Of a stretch of 64,000 nt of DNA, positions 25,245-38,609 are shown piece by piece. How positions within the stretch are numbered: position 1 is the first letter of the stretch; every line of letters starts with the position of its first letter. The position numbers and the translations under genes were made by a program. Location: assembly GCF_036365525.1 (NCBI RefSeq), contig NC_090404.1:11188550-11252549 (forward strand), written 5' to 3'. Below the pieces are notes generated by a model, which saw nothing but the letters and a program-made list of their open reading frames with translations, searched no databases and was not told the origin of the DNA. Source of the stretch: Heterodontus francisci (lineage: Eukaryota).

Positions 25245-26800
25245 GGAAAAATGTGAGGTGATCCACTTTTGTAAGAGGAGTAGAATGTGCAGAGTATTTC
25301 TTAAATGGTGAGAGATTAGAAAGTGTAGATGTACAAAGGGGCCTGGGTGTCCTTGTCAATAAGCCACTGAAAGCTAACATGCAGGTGCAGCAAGCAATTA
25401 GGAAGGCTAATGGTATGTTAGCCTTTATCGCAAGAGGATTTGAGTACAGGAGTAATGAAGTCTTGCTTCAATTGTATAGAACCTTGATTAGACCACACCT
25501 AGAGTACTGTGTGCAGTTTTGCTCTCCTTACCTTAGGAAGGATATTATTGCTATAGTGCCATTATTGCAACGAAGGTTCACCAGACTTGTTCCCGGGATG
25601 GCAGGACGGTCCTATGAAGAGAGTTTGAGGAAACTGGGCCTGTATTCTCTAGAGTTTCCAAGAATGGGAGGTGATCTCATTGAAACCTACAAAATACTAA
25701 AAGGGATAGACAGGCTATATACAGCTAAGATGTTTCCCCTGGTTGGGGAGTCTAGAACCGGGGGTCATAATTTCAAAATAAGGGGGAAGCCACTTAGGAC
25801 AGAGATGAGGAGAAATTTCTTTACTCAGAGGGCTGTGAATCTTTGGAATTCTCTACCCCAGAGGGCTGTGGAAGCTCAGTCATTGCGTATGTTTAAAGTA
25901 GAGATTGGCAGATTTCTAAATACAAATGACATAAGGGGATATGAGGATAGTGTGGGATAGAGACATTGAAGTGGAAGCTCAGCCATGATCATATGGAATG
26001 GCGGGGCAGGTTTTGATAGGCTGAATGGCCTACTCCTGCTCCTATGTTCCTATGTTCCTAGACTACTCCAGTCGAAAAATAATGATCATGATAAACTTTT
26101 ACAAACCAGCAGTAAGCCTCAGCTGGAGTATTGTGTCCAATTCCCGGCACCACATCTTCAGATGGATATCGAAGCCTTGGAGAAGGTCCAGAAAAGATTT
26201 TCTAAGATGGTACCATGGATGAAAGATTTCAGTTACGTGGAGAGAGCGACGAAGCTGAGGTTGTTCTGCTGAGAGCAGAGAAAGTTAAAAGGAGATTTCA
26301 AAATTATGAAGCGTTTGATTGAATAAATAAGCTGAAAATATTTCCAGTGGCAGAAGGGTCGGTAACCAGAGGGAACAGATTCAAGAAAAACAGCAAAGTA
26401 ACCAAAGGCTACATATAGATGACTTGGATCTTGGAATACAGAGTAGAATCGCAAGATTTGCTGATAACACCAAACTTGGAGGCGTGACAAACAGTGAGGA
26501 CGATATGAGTCACCTGCAACAGGACCGAGATAGGCTAGCGGAGTGAGAAGACAAGTGCCAGATGGAATTTAATGCTGACAAGTATGAGGCGATGCATTTT
26601 GGCTGTAAGAATAGGGAGAGGCAATATATACTTAATGACACCGTTCTAAAGAGTGTGCAGGAACAGAGGAACCTGGGGGTGCATGTACATCGATCTTTGA
26701 ATGTGGCAGGACATAAGTGGGAGGAGGATCATGTGCATCATAAGCACCAGCACAGGCAAGTTGGGCTGAGTGGCCTGTTCCTGTGCTGTAAATTCTATGT
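25245..26800 (+). mobile_element. Cluster of CR1 LINE fragments
   Basis: RPHLEYCVQF, RGDLIETYK-like and MEFNADK peptides; CTATGTTC tail at ~26050. Confidence 0.85.
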
Positions 26801-26988
26801 AATTTTCCAGTCTAATCCTTTAAATTCTCAAAAAGAAGGATTGCATCCGCCTCTGTTCCGGGCTGGAAAACAGGACAGGCCCCAGAGGGGAAAAGGAAAA
26901 CATTTAAAATGTCTCTCACATCTAACCAACGGCTTCATTGTCTCTGGAATTCTTCAGTTTATTGACATTTATTTAAATTTTTCTGCAG

Positions 26989-27380
26989 TTAAAGATCTGC
27001 GGGAACCATCCGTGTCTGTCCTCCTGCCCCTGGCAGAAGATGTCTCTGCTCAGAGGTTTCTCTCCCTCACTTGCTTAGTGAGAGGTTTCTCCCCCCGAGA
27101 GATCTTCATCAAGTGGACCGTCAATGACAAGTCGGTGAATCCCGGCAACTACAAGAACACTGAGGTGATGGCAAGGAACGACGATAGCTCCTACTTCATC
27201 TACAGCCTGTTATCCATTGCAGCGGAGGAGTGGGCCAGCGGCACTTCTTACTCCTGTGTGGTGGGACATGAGGCGACCCCCTTGAAGATCATCAACAGAA
27301 CAGTTAATAAATCGAGCGGTAAACTGAGTTTTGTGAACATTTCCCTTGCTCTATTGAACACTGTCAATTCATGTCAATGA
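26989..27380 (+). CDS. IGHM: IgM heavy-chain Cmu4 exon plus secretory tailpiece
   Basis: Acceptor TTTTCTGCAG|TT; C1-set domain [38 protein letters not shown]; tailpiece [20 protein letters not shown] with NIS sequon and penultimate Cys, matching shark mu as I recall it; internal donor G|GTAAA at 27318/27319 for the membrane form. Confidence 0.95.
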
Positions 27381-27408
27381 AAATCTCTCGATTGCATTTC
27401 AGATCTTA

Positions 27409-27425
27409 AATAAAACACCAATAAA
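27409..27425 (+). terminator. Tandem polyadenylation signals for secreted mu
   Basis: AATAAA at 27409-27414 and 27420-27425, just after the stop codon. Confidence 0.8.
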
Positions 27426-27856
27426 GGACTTTTCTTCCAATCACGATTTAAGTACATAACCGTTCAATTAATTTTGCTTCCCACATTTGCTAAGTGTAGG
27501 TCTATTCATCTAAAGTGAGGTGTTTGCAGGTCTCCGGCGCAAGTCTTGTTGAACCAGTGCTCTCAGCTCAGATAGACCACATGTTCGCAACAGAAGAAAG
27601 CTGAGTAATCTCAGGATTCTGTACCGTAAATTCTGCAACTTGTTGCCTTTTATTGGGAGGGGCCAGGGTGGAATTGTGTAATATGAAATTTTCCCTTTTC
27701 TGACAAACACCCGCAGCGCATTTAGATCTCGGTGTTTCTGTGTCTCGTGTTGTCCATCCCTTCAGAATTGGTGTGAGTTTTAAGTTGCAGCATCGCACAC
27801 ACCAGGAGCTAAAATTAGGCCACAGACGAATACGAACTATACCCAAAATGTCCCAT

Positions 27857-28090
27857 CAGAAAGAGGGGAAAGGACAATTTATTAACCCACTGAAACTCTA
27901 CTTCCTAAACAGAGAAAGGGAAAGGACAATTGTTAATCTATTGTAACTCCACATCTCCAATAGAGAGAGGGCAAAGGCAATGGTGAACCGACTGCAGCCC
28001 ATTGCATTCTTCAACAGAGAAAGGAGCAAGGGCATTTGTTAACCCACTATACTTCCACTCCCACGGCAGAGAGATTGGAAGGCAACGGCT
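27857..28090 (+). repeat. Degenerate ~52-bp tandem repeat, 4-5 copies
   Basis: Recurring AGAGA(A/G)AGG..AAGG.CAA..GTTAACCCACT. Confidence 0.6.
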
Positions 28091-28479
28091 CTCTATTATA
28101 TGGACTCAATTGCCATTAGTGCAACGCCAGCTTCTAGCTCACTGTGCGAAGGTTTTAAGCTTTCCACATGGAAATCATATTGTAAGCTACATATATATAC
28201 ATAATATCTTTAAACTTTTCCTTGTTAATCTTATTCGAACAGATTGAATTCTAATAGTCCAATTCTAACTGGCGATAGAATCCTCCTCTGCTTTTTTCAC
28301 GCTTGTATTCCTGATGTTTCTGAGGCCCAGCAGTTGCATTGCTGCATGCATTCAGCTGATGTCATATTACATCTCGCACAGAATGCATTCATACACAGGA
28401 CAGCGAAGAATATTCTCTGCAATGCACACCGTCAAGGCCAGACCCGGTTATTGGTTCTCTTTGGAACTTTGAAAAATAA

Positions 28480-31400
28480 CAAAAATGCACAGGCACGCAG
28501 ACACAAACACACATATATACACACTCACATCCACTACCACACACATGCATCTACACACACGAACAGAACCAAACACTGTTATAAATGCTCCCACAGTCAA
28601 ACATACAAACATAAACATAAACACATACCTTAGTGCAGTCTCACGTACACATGCTAGGCTACACATTAATACACATACATTGACGCACATACTCGCACAT
28701 TAACAGACTCATACACATACAAACAAACACATAGATAAATAGACACATTAACACACTGACACACACACACACATGGATACACAACACTCACAGAAACACA
28801 TACATTAGCACACATGTACACATAATCACACATTAACACACGCAATCATACATAAACATAAGAACATAAGAACTAGGAGCAGGAGTAGGCAATTCAGCCC
28901 CTCGAGCCTGCTCAGCTATTCAATACGATCATGGCTGATCTCATCTCGGCCTCAACTGCACTTTCCTGACCGTACTCCATAACCCTTCAATCCATTACTA
29001 ATTACAAATCTGTCTATTTCCGCCTTAAATTTTTTCAATGTCCCGGCATCCACCGCACTCTGGGGTAGGGAATTCCATAGACTCAAAAACAAAGAACAAA
29101 CAAACAAAGAACAGTACAGCACAGGAACAGGCCAGCCTGCGCTGATCTTGATACCTGCCTAAACTAACACCTTCTGCACTTCTGGGGCCCATATCCCTCT
29201 ATTCCTATCCTATTCATGTATTTGTCAAGATGTCTCTGAAACGTCGCTATCGTATCTGCTTCCACCACCTCCCCTGGCAGCAAGTTCCAGGCACTCGCCA
29301 CCTTCTGTGTAAAAAACTTGCCTCGCACATCCCCTCTAAACTTTGCCCCATGCACCTTAAACCTATGTCCCCTAGTAACGGACTCTTCCACCCTGGGAAA
29401 AAGCTTCTGACTATCCACTCTGTCCATGCCGCTCATAACTTTGTAAACCTCTATCATGTCGCACCTCCACCTCCATCGTTCCAGTGAAAACAGTCTGAGT
29501 TTTTGCAACCTCTCCTCATAGCTAATGCCCTCCAGACCAGGCAACATTCTGGTAAACCTCCTCTGTACCCTCTCCAAAGCCTCCTCGTCCTTCTGGTAGT
29601 GTGGCGACCAGAATTGCATGCAATATTCTAAGTGTGGCCTAACTAAGGTTCTGTACAGCTGCAACATGACTTGCAAATTTTTATACTCTATGCCCCGACC
29701 TATGAACGCAAGCATGCCGTATGCCTTCTTGACTACCTTATCCACCTGCGTTGCCACTTTCAGTGACCTGTGGACCTGTACGCCCAGATCTCTCTGACTG
29801 TCAATACTCCTAAGGGTTCTGCCATTTACTGTATACCTCCCACCTGCATTAGACCTTCCAAAATGCATTACCTCACATTTGTCCGGATTAAACTCCATCT
29901 TCCATCTCTCCGCCCAAGTCTCCAACCGATCTATATCCTGCTGTATCCTCTGACAATCCTCATCATTATCCGCAACTCCACCAACCTTTCTGTCGTCTGC
30001 AAACTTACTAATCAGACCAGCTACATTTTCCTCCAAATCATTTATATATACTACAAACAGCAAAGGTCCCAGCACTGATCCCTGCGGAACACCACTAGTC
30101 ACATCCCTCCATTCAGAAAAACACCCATCCACTGATACCCTCTGTCTTCTATGACCGAGCCAGTTCTGTATCCATCTTGCCAGCTCACCTCTGATCCCGT
30201 GTGACTTCACCTTTTGTACCAGTCTGCCATGTGGGACCTTGTCAAAGGCTTTACTGAAGTCCATATAGATAACATCCACTGCCCTTCCTTCAGCAATCAT
30301 CTTCGTCACTTCCTCAAAAAACTCAATCAAATTAGTAAGACACGACCTCCCCTTCATAAAACCATGCTGTCACTCGCTAATAAGTTCGTTTGTTTCCAAA
30401 TGGGAGTAAATCCTGTCCCGAATAATCCTCTCTAATGGTTTCCCTACCACTGACGTAAGGCTCACTGACCTATAATTTCCTGGATTATCCTTGCCACCCT
30501 TCTTAAACAAAGGCACAACATTGGCTATTCTCCAGTCCTCTGGGACCTCACCCGTAGCCAATAAGGATGCAAAGATTTCTGTCAAGACCCCAGCAATTTC
30601 TTCCCTTGCCTCCCTCAGTATTCTGGGGTAGATCCCATCAGGCCCTGGGGACTTATCTACCTTAATGCTTTGCAAGACACCCAACACCTCCTCCTTTTTG
30701 ATAATGAGATGACTGAGATTATCTGCACTCCCTCCCTAGGCTCATCATCCACCAAGTCCTTCTCTTCGGTGAATACTGATGCAAAGTACTCATTTAGCAC
30801 CTCGCCCATTTCCTCTGGCTCCACACATAGATTCCCATCTCTGTCCATGAGTGGGCCAACCCTTTCCCTGGTTTACCCTCTTGCTCTTTAGATATGTATA
30901 AAACGCCTTGGGATTTTCCTTAATCCTGTTTGCCAATGACTTTTCATGACCCCTTTTAGCCCTCCTAACTCCTTGCTTAAGTTCCTTCCTACTGTCTTTA
31001 TATTCCTCAAGTGCTTCATCTGTTCCTAGCCTTCCAGCCCTTACAAATGCTTCCTTTTTTTTTGACTGGGCTCACAATATCCCGTGTTATCCAAGCTTCC
31101 CGAAACTTGCCAAACTTGTCTTTCTTCTTCACAGGAACATGCTGGTCCTGGATTCTAATCAGCTGACGTTTGAAAGACTCCCACATGTCAGATGTTTTGA
31201 GGGACCTTTTGAGGGAAGTAATTTCTCCTCATCTGTTTTAAATCTGCTACCCCTTATCCTAAAACTATGACCTCTTGTTCTAGATAGCTCTGCCAGAGGA
31301 AACATCTTCCCTACGTCTACTTTGTCAATCCCCTTAATCATCTTATGTACTTTAATTAGATCTCCTCTCATTCTTCTAAACTCTCGAGAGTAAAGGCTCA

Positions 31401-32030
31401 ATCTCTCTTCATAAGACAAACCCCTCATCTCTGGAATCAATCTAGTGAACCTCCTCTGAACTGCCTCCAATGTAACTACATCCCTCCTCAACTAAAAAAA
31501 AGTAGACATCAACACAAAAACACACAAGTTATCACAATTATGGGAGCGCAAGCACACAAAAGCAAGCAGATGAACACACCTATATACACATTCATTCGCA
31601 CATAAACACACATTAACTTAAAGGGACACATAAACACATCCAGCAACACAGAAACACAGATTAATAAGCTCATGGGGGACACAAACACACATATAACCAA
31701 ATGTTAAGGCGCTCATACACACACATGGACAGATAGACACAATACACACACACACACACACACAGGTGGTCACTTGAATACACACATCAATGCATATTTC
31801 CACATTAACACACATTAACATATATGGACACATACACACAACCATCAACAGATAAACAAACACATTAATACACTCGCTTTTGGGTATCCAAACAAACAAA
31901 TAAACAAACTCATTAACACTCACACACACTCACACATGGATACACAAACACAGAGTAATGCAAAGCAAGAGATACTCATACAGACATACAAACGCACTAA
32001 AGCGCACAAACAAAAACACCAGACTGTAGA
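28480..32030. mobile_element. CA-rich low-complexity tract split by nested CR1 LINEs (outer 28855-29085 plus 31195-31495; inner 29086-31195, minus strand, 397-aa RT ORF 29164-30357)
   Basis: GRSCLTNL, YMDFSKAFDKVPH, GVPQGSVLGP, KFADD; lies in the Cmu4-TM1 intron. Confidence 0.9.
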
Positions 32031-32582
32031 CGAAAGCAGAATTCAAATGCACTATTTGAACAGATACCGTCTCCAACATTTTCCATCATACATCACAGTG
32101 AAGCAATGTTCTCACTTAGAAACTGAGATGAATTAATGATTTGCCAACCACTTTCATCACAAATAAACAAACAGGATTGGAACTCTTATCCGATCCCTTA
32201 CCCAGCAACACTGTCAATTTCCAAATAAGTAGCTATCTGAACCTATCTTCAAAATAATTGTTATCGATCAGTAAACCTCCATCGATATCGCACCATAATA
32301 ATCCCTTAGGATAGAACAAAACCAATCCAAAATAAAATAGCGCCTGACATTGAAGAAAAAAAACTGACATATTTTCCAACAGGGCCTAGGCGAGGATCAT
32401 AAGGGTTGAACGCTGAGGAGTTAATGGCAGAAATAGATTGCTGAACGTGATTAACTTAACAATAGATATGCATTGAAGATCAAATTGAAGAACTGAAGGA
32501 AGAAAACTGAATGCAAAATAGCAATCTTATATCCTGCATTAATAAACGATATAAATACATTTGTTCCTCTACATCCCCATAG

Positions 32583-32710
32583 ATTCCTCACACCACATCT
32601 GGATTGAAGACAATGAGGAAGAGAGGGACAACACCTGGACAACCGCTTCCACATTCATCATCCTGTTCTTCCTGAGCATTTTCTACAGTGCTGCCGTCAC
32701 TCTGGTGAAG
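32583..32710 (+). CDS. IGHM: IgM transmembrane exon TM1
   Basis: AG|AT...AAG|GTGAGA; in phase with the Cmu4 internal donor; encodes (D)SSHHIWIEDNEEERDNTWTTASTFIILFFLSIFYSAAVTLVK with the conserved antigen-receptor TM (CART) residues; missed by the ORF track. Confidence 0.95.
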
Positions 32711-32855
32711 GTGAGAATATTCAAACCACTCATACTTTAGTTTCACTGAAACCGTTTGACAAATCTCTAAAAGTTTCAGAGATTTAAGAAAAACTCTGAG
32801 ATGAATGTCCCGGAACATGAAATCTCTGCTTTATTCTTTTATCCCTCTTTTACAG

Positions 32856-32864
32856 GTCAAGTGA
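32856..32864 (+). CDS. IGHM: IgM TM2 exon (VK-stop; cytoplasmic KVK)
   Basis: Polypyrimidine tract plus TACAG|GTC AAG TGA. Confidence 0.9.
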   Translation, partial: VK

Positions 32865-34208
32865 TCGATTGAATTTCGGCCGCCCTGGATTTTGCTCATT
32901 TTTTTAACATCTCTGCATGATCAAAAAAAAAACCTCCAAAAGTAAAATGCTTTCAGTTTATGGTTCCGAATCTATAGCTGAGAAACTCGTAAACATTATT
33001 TCAGTTTTTCTGTTTGAAATTTCTGAGATAATCGTGGCTATAATGTAAATGTACCTTCGAGTTTCACCATTGTCTGATTTTCATGTGTCAATAGGTAACT
33101 ATTCTTCAGTCACAATTGTTTCCTTTCCTTTATGTTGAGCCCCTGTTTTTTCTCTCTGGTCTCTCACAGTTTTATAGACAGCTGGCAACTCAGACTGCAT
33201 GTGTACTATTCCCAATGTGACGATCAGTTGTTATTATTCATTTTGAACCTTCAGTGTAAAATATTCCTTTTGAAAATAGTTAGTAAATTTTGAATAACAA
33301 ATGGAATAAGTTGCACTTTGCTGAATTCCTTGATCCAATGCCCATCCACACGCTCACTTTTCCCTGTTACATATTTTTCCCCTTTCTTGACCAGTCCTGT
33401 CTGGGTTGTGTTTGCGCCCAAGGCCCTTTGGTAAAAGAGCCGCTGCGCCATCCAGAGTCCCATCAGAGTAAACACACCTTTTCCTCTGATTAATTATACC
33501 AATCTTCAGAGACAAAATGACTGCACAGCGACCAGGAGCACCTCACTCTCATCTTATGGTCTGTCACAGTCACATGCCAGGTTATAACAAAGAGCAGCGC
33601 TCTGCTCCATCACAGCCTGACATAGTATAGTATATGGAACATATGGTACATACAGTGTATGTCCCATCAAACTTTTCCAGGGAAGACATGGCATGGATTA
33701 GATACAGAGTAAAGCTCCCTATACATTGTCCCATCAAAGACTGCCAGGACAGGCAGGGGCCAGGTTAAATAAAGAATAAAGCTCAAATACTGGCAATTAT
33801 TCCAAGAGCCTTGGGTCCATCTGACACGCCAGGGAGCACAAACTCGAGGAATGCTCCCGGAGCCTGGGGATTATTTAATGCACCAGAGTGATTTCCAAAG
33901 CCTGAATCCTATGTGAAAAACAAGGAAGCAAAAGTGGTGGGATGATTCCCAGAGCTTGGGGCCTATCTGGCACAAGAGAGAACATAAACTGTGGGAATGA
34001 TTACCGGAGTCTAAGGCCTATCCAATACAGAGACTTAATCTTCACATTTTCTGTTTTGCACACAAACATACACTCTCCAACTGCTCTGTCAGATACAAAA
34101 ACACACTCCAATTTTCTGTTATGCACACGGCGACTCTCTGCCTCCCCCTTTTCTGTTATACTCGGTACCCCTGGCGCTCTGTCATATGTTTGCCTGATGA
34201 CCTTTCTC

Positions 34209-34470
34209 TCTGCTCTGCTCCATTCCCGTCGATACGATCTCCCTGAACTCACAGGACACCACCCCACGGATCTTCTTTCCCTGCTCCGTTCCTTCTGATG
34301 GTATCTCCATGAACTCACCGATCATCACCCCAGGGATCTTATCTCCCTGCTCCATTCTGTCTGGTACCATCTCTCTGAACACACTGGTCATCACCCCAGA
34401 GTTCCTCTCTCCCTGCTTAATTCCTCTCATACCATCTTCCTGAACTCATTGAACATCACCCCAGGATTCG
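34209..34470 (+). repeat. ~66-bp tandem repeat, 4 copies
   Basis: CCCTGCTCC.TTC...ATCTCC.TGAACTCAC...CATCACCCCAG repeated; 22-aa periodicity in minus-strand ORF 34182-34430. Confidence 0.8.
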
Positions 34471-34649
34471 TCAGTGACCGTCACACCTTCTCTTCCTGAG
34501 CTTTCACTCCACCCACTTCACCATCTCATCAGATTTTTCAGAGACCCCCGGCCACTGAAGAGGTTTCTGATCAGACCCGAGTATCTCCGATATTTTCCTT
34601 CTGAAGCAGAACCACATTTATCTGAACAATTCTGTGACGTTTAGTTGTA

Positions 34650-37600
34650 GATCGGAAGATTGGACAGAATTTAAAGACCAGAAAAGAATGACTAAAAAAG
34701 GGAGGTGGAAAATTAGCGTACGAGAGAAAGCTACCTGGAAATATAAATCAGGTAGAAAGAGTTTCTGGAATTCTTTGAAAAGGGAAAGAGTAAAACAAAA
34801 GTGAGTGTCGGTCCTCTGGAGAGTGAATCTGGGGAATTAAAAATGGGAAATGAGGAAATGGCAAAAGCGTTGACTAGATATTTTGTGTCTGTCTTCAACA
34901 CAGAAGACACACATAACATCCTAGACATACTCTAAATCAAGAGGTGAAAGGAAGGGCAGAACTTAAATCACCAGGTAAAGGGTACTGAGAGAACTATTGG
35001 GACTAAAGGCTAACAAGTCCCCAGGACCTGATGAACTTCATCTTGGGGTCTTAAGTGATTGCGGAGATAATAGATGCATTGGTTGTAATTTTCCTAAAAT
35101 CCCTAGATTCTGGAAAGGTCCCATCAAATTGTAAAATAGACCAATATGGCCCCCCTATTCCAGAAAGGAGATAGACAGAAAGCAGGCAACTACAGGTCAG
35201 TTAGCCTAATATCTATCACAGGGAAAATGCTCGAATCTTTCATTAAGGCGATAATAGCAGGGCACTTAGAAAATCTTAATGCAATCAGGCAAATTGAACA
35301 TAGTTTGTGAAAGGGAAATCATGTTTATTTATAATTTATTAGAGTTCTTCAAGGAAATAACAAGCAACGTAGACAAAGGTGAACATATTGATGTGGTGTC
35401 CTTGGATGTCCAAAAGACGTTTTGTAAGGTGCCACATCAAAGGTTACTGCACAAAATAAGAACGCATGATGTAGGGGTAACATATTAGCTTGGATAAAGG
35501 ACTGCTTAGATAACGGGAAGCAGAGAGTAGGGATGCATGGCTCATGTTTGGGTTGGCAAGCTGTAACTAGTAGACTGCCACAGGGATCACTGCTGGGGCC
35601 TCAACAATTTACAATCTATATCAATGACTTGGATGAAGGGACCAAATGTATGGTTGCTAAATTTGCTGATGATGCTGAGATAGATAGGAAAGTAAGTTGT
35701 GGGGACATAAGCAGTTTACAAAGGGATACAGATAGGTTAACTAACTGGCTAAAAATTGGCAGGTGGAATATAATGTGGAAAATGTGAACTTGTCCACTTT
35801 GGTAGGATGAATAGAAAAGCAGCATATCATTTAAATGGAGAGAGATTGCAGAACTCTGAAATGCAGAGGCACCAGAATATCCTGGTACATGAGTCACAAA
35901 AAGTTAGTATGCAGGAACAGCAAGTGATTAGGAAGACAAATTGGATATTATCGTTTACTGCAAGGGGAACGGAATATAAAAGTAAGGATCTTTTGCTACA
36001 ATTGTAAAGGGCGTTGGTGAGACCACATCTGGAGTACTGTGTACAGTTTTGGTTTTCTTACTTAAGAACTGTCCCTGTGGAAACAGGCGGACAATTGAAT
36101 CTCGAGGGTGAAATATCAGACCGCAAAAGACACCTTTCATAAAAGAAAAATAACGACATTTATTTATGTAACGCCATTTGGGATTGCATGACATCCAAAA
36201 GTGCTTTACGGCTGATGAAATAATTTTCAGGTGCTGTTCCTGTTGCAATGCAGAAATAATTATTTACACAGAGGGATCTATAGAATCGTAGAATAGTTAC
36301 AGTGCAAAAGGAGGCCAGTTGGCCCCGTCTCTCGGCAAGTTCAACTCAGCTCGTCCCACACTCCCGCATTTTCCTTGTAGCCCTGCAAATATTTTCTCTT
36401 CAGGTAAATATCTAATTCTCTTTTGAAGGCCTCTATTGAACCTGCCTCCACCACACTGTCAGGCAGTGCATTCCAGATCCTAACCACTTGTTGTGTAAAG
36501 ACATCTTTTCCCTCATATCGCCATTGCTTCTTTTGCCATTCAACTTAAACTGGTGTTCTCTGGTTCTCGATCCTTTAGCCAATGGACAGCTTCTCTCTGT
36601 CCCCTCATGACTTTGAACACCTCCATCAAATATCCTCTCAATCGCTTCCCCAAGGAGGACAGCACCAGCTTCTCCAATCTATCCATGGAACAGAAGTTCC
36701 TCACACCTGGAACCATTCTCATAAATATTTTCTGCACACCCTCTCTAAGGCCTTCACATCCTTCCTAAAGTGAGGTGCCCACAACTTGACTCAATACTCC
36801 AGTTGAACCGAACCAGTGCATTATGCAGGTTTATCATAACCTCCTTGCTTTTGTACTCCATGCCTCTATTTATAAGTCCCAGCATCCCGTATGTTCTATT
36901 AACCACTCTCACAACATGCCCTGCAAACTTCAATGATTTGCCCACATATACACCAGTCCCTCTGCTCTTTTAGAATTGTGTCCTTTATTTTACATGAGAA
37001 CATAAGAATTAGGAGCAGGAGTAGGTCACTCGGCTCCTCGAGCTTGCTCCCCCATTCAACAAGTTCATGGCTGATCTAATCATAACCTCAACTCCACATT
37101 CCAGCCTACCCCGGATAACCATTCACTCGCTTGTTTATGAAGAATCTAGTTACCTCTGTCTTAAAAATATTCAAAGACTTTGCTTCCACGACCTTTTGAA
37201 GAAGAGAATGCCAAACACTCACGAACCTCTGAGAGAAAGAAAATCTCCTCATCTCTGTCTTATTTGGATGACCCTTTATTTTTAAGATGTGATCCCCAGT
37301 TCTAGATTCCCCCACAAGAGGAAATATCCTTTCCACATCCACTCTGTCAAGACGTCTCGGGATTTTATCTGTTTCAAAGAAGTCGCCTCTTACTGTTCCA
37401 AATTCCAGCGGATTAGTCCAGTAAATCTTCTCTATACTGCCTCCAACGCATTTACATCCTTCCTTAAATAAGGAGATCAATACTGTAAAAAATACTCCAG
37501 ATGTGGTCTCACCAATGCCCTCATTTGCCTGATCTTTTCCCACTCACATAACCTGTTTATAATCCCCTTGTAACCTCCTTCTGCCCTCTTCACAACGTAT

Positions 37601-38600
37601 TTTCCTACCTATCTTTGTGTCATCAGCAAATTTATCAACCATACCTTCGGTTCCTTCATCAAGTCATTTATATAAATTGTTAGAAGTTGAGGTCCAAGTT
37701 TTGATCCATTGGCACTCCTTTTGTTACAGCTTACAATTGAAGGCGGCAGGACAGGTTGAGAAAGCAGGTAATCATGTATTTCCTTCATTTTCTTTCATGG
37801 GATGTGGGCATTGCTGGCAAGGCCAGCATTTGTTGCCCATCCCTAATTGCCCTTAAACTGAGTGGCTTGTTAGGCCACTTCAGAGCACAGTTAAGAAACA
37901 ACCACATTGTTGTGGGTCTAGAGTCACATACAGGCCAAACCAGATTAGGACAGCAGATTTCCTTTCATAACGGAAATTCATGAATCAAATGGGGTTTTAA
38001 AACAATCGATGATAAGTTCATGGCACCAATATTGACACTGGCTCTCAACTTCAGATTCCCGTTAATTAATTGATTTTAAATTTCACCAGCTGCTTTGGTG
38101 GGATTTTAACCTATGCCCTCAGGATTTTATATTTGGCTTCTGGATTACTATGCCTGTGATATTCTCACTATCCCACCGTCTGCCATCGAGAAAGATCGAT
38201 ATATTGCCTCTCCTCGTTCACCCTACCTAAATGAATCACGTCATACTTCATTGCATTAAATTTCAACTGACACTTGTCCATCCATTCCACCAGCCTGTCT
38301 ATGTCCTCTTGAAGTCTATCCCTATCTTCCTCACAGTTCACAATTGTGCCCTGTACGCCCAACTCTCTGTCATTAATATATCCAGAAAACCAGTTGTCGT
38401 AACATTGACCCCTGGTGAACCGCACTACAAACCTTCCTCCAGTCCAAAAAACAACTGATCACCATTACTCTCTCTTTCTTCTCACTCAGATAATTTTGCA
38501 TCCATGCTGCTACTATCCCTTTTATCCCATGAGCTCGAACGCTGTTGACAAGCCTGTTATATGGAACTTTATCAAATGCCTTTTGGAATCAATATGCATC
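34650..38600. mobile_element. Series of decayed CR1-group LINE fragments on both strands
   Basis: KVPHQRLL, LPQGSLLGP, KFADD and TRG/FFSQR peptides with stops and frameshifts. Confidence 0.8.
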
Positions 38601-38609
38601 TTGGCATTT

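Noticed and set aside
26562-26988. 272-aa ORF as a LINE-Ig fusion protein
   Set aside because: The N-terminal part is a CR1 fragment plus intron read-through; a proper splice acceptor defines the exon at 26989
26989-27380. IgNAR or IgW terminal C exon
   Set aside because: The tailpiece [16 protein letters not shown], the domain sequence and the TM1/KVK tail fit shark IgM better, as I recall the sequences
28244-32136. His/Thr-rich and Cys/Val-rich ORFs
   Set aside because: Translations of CA/TG low-complexity sequence
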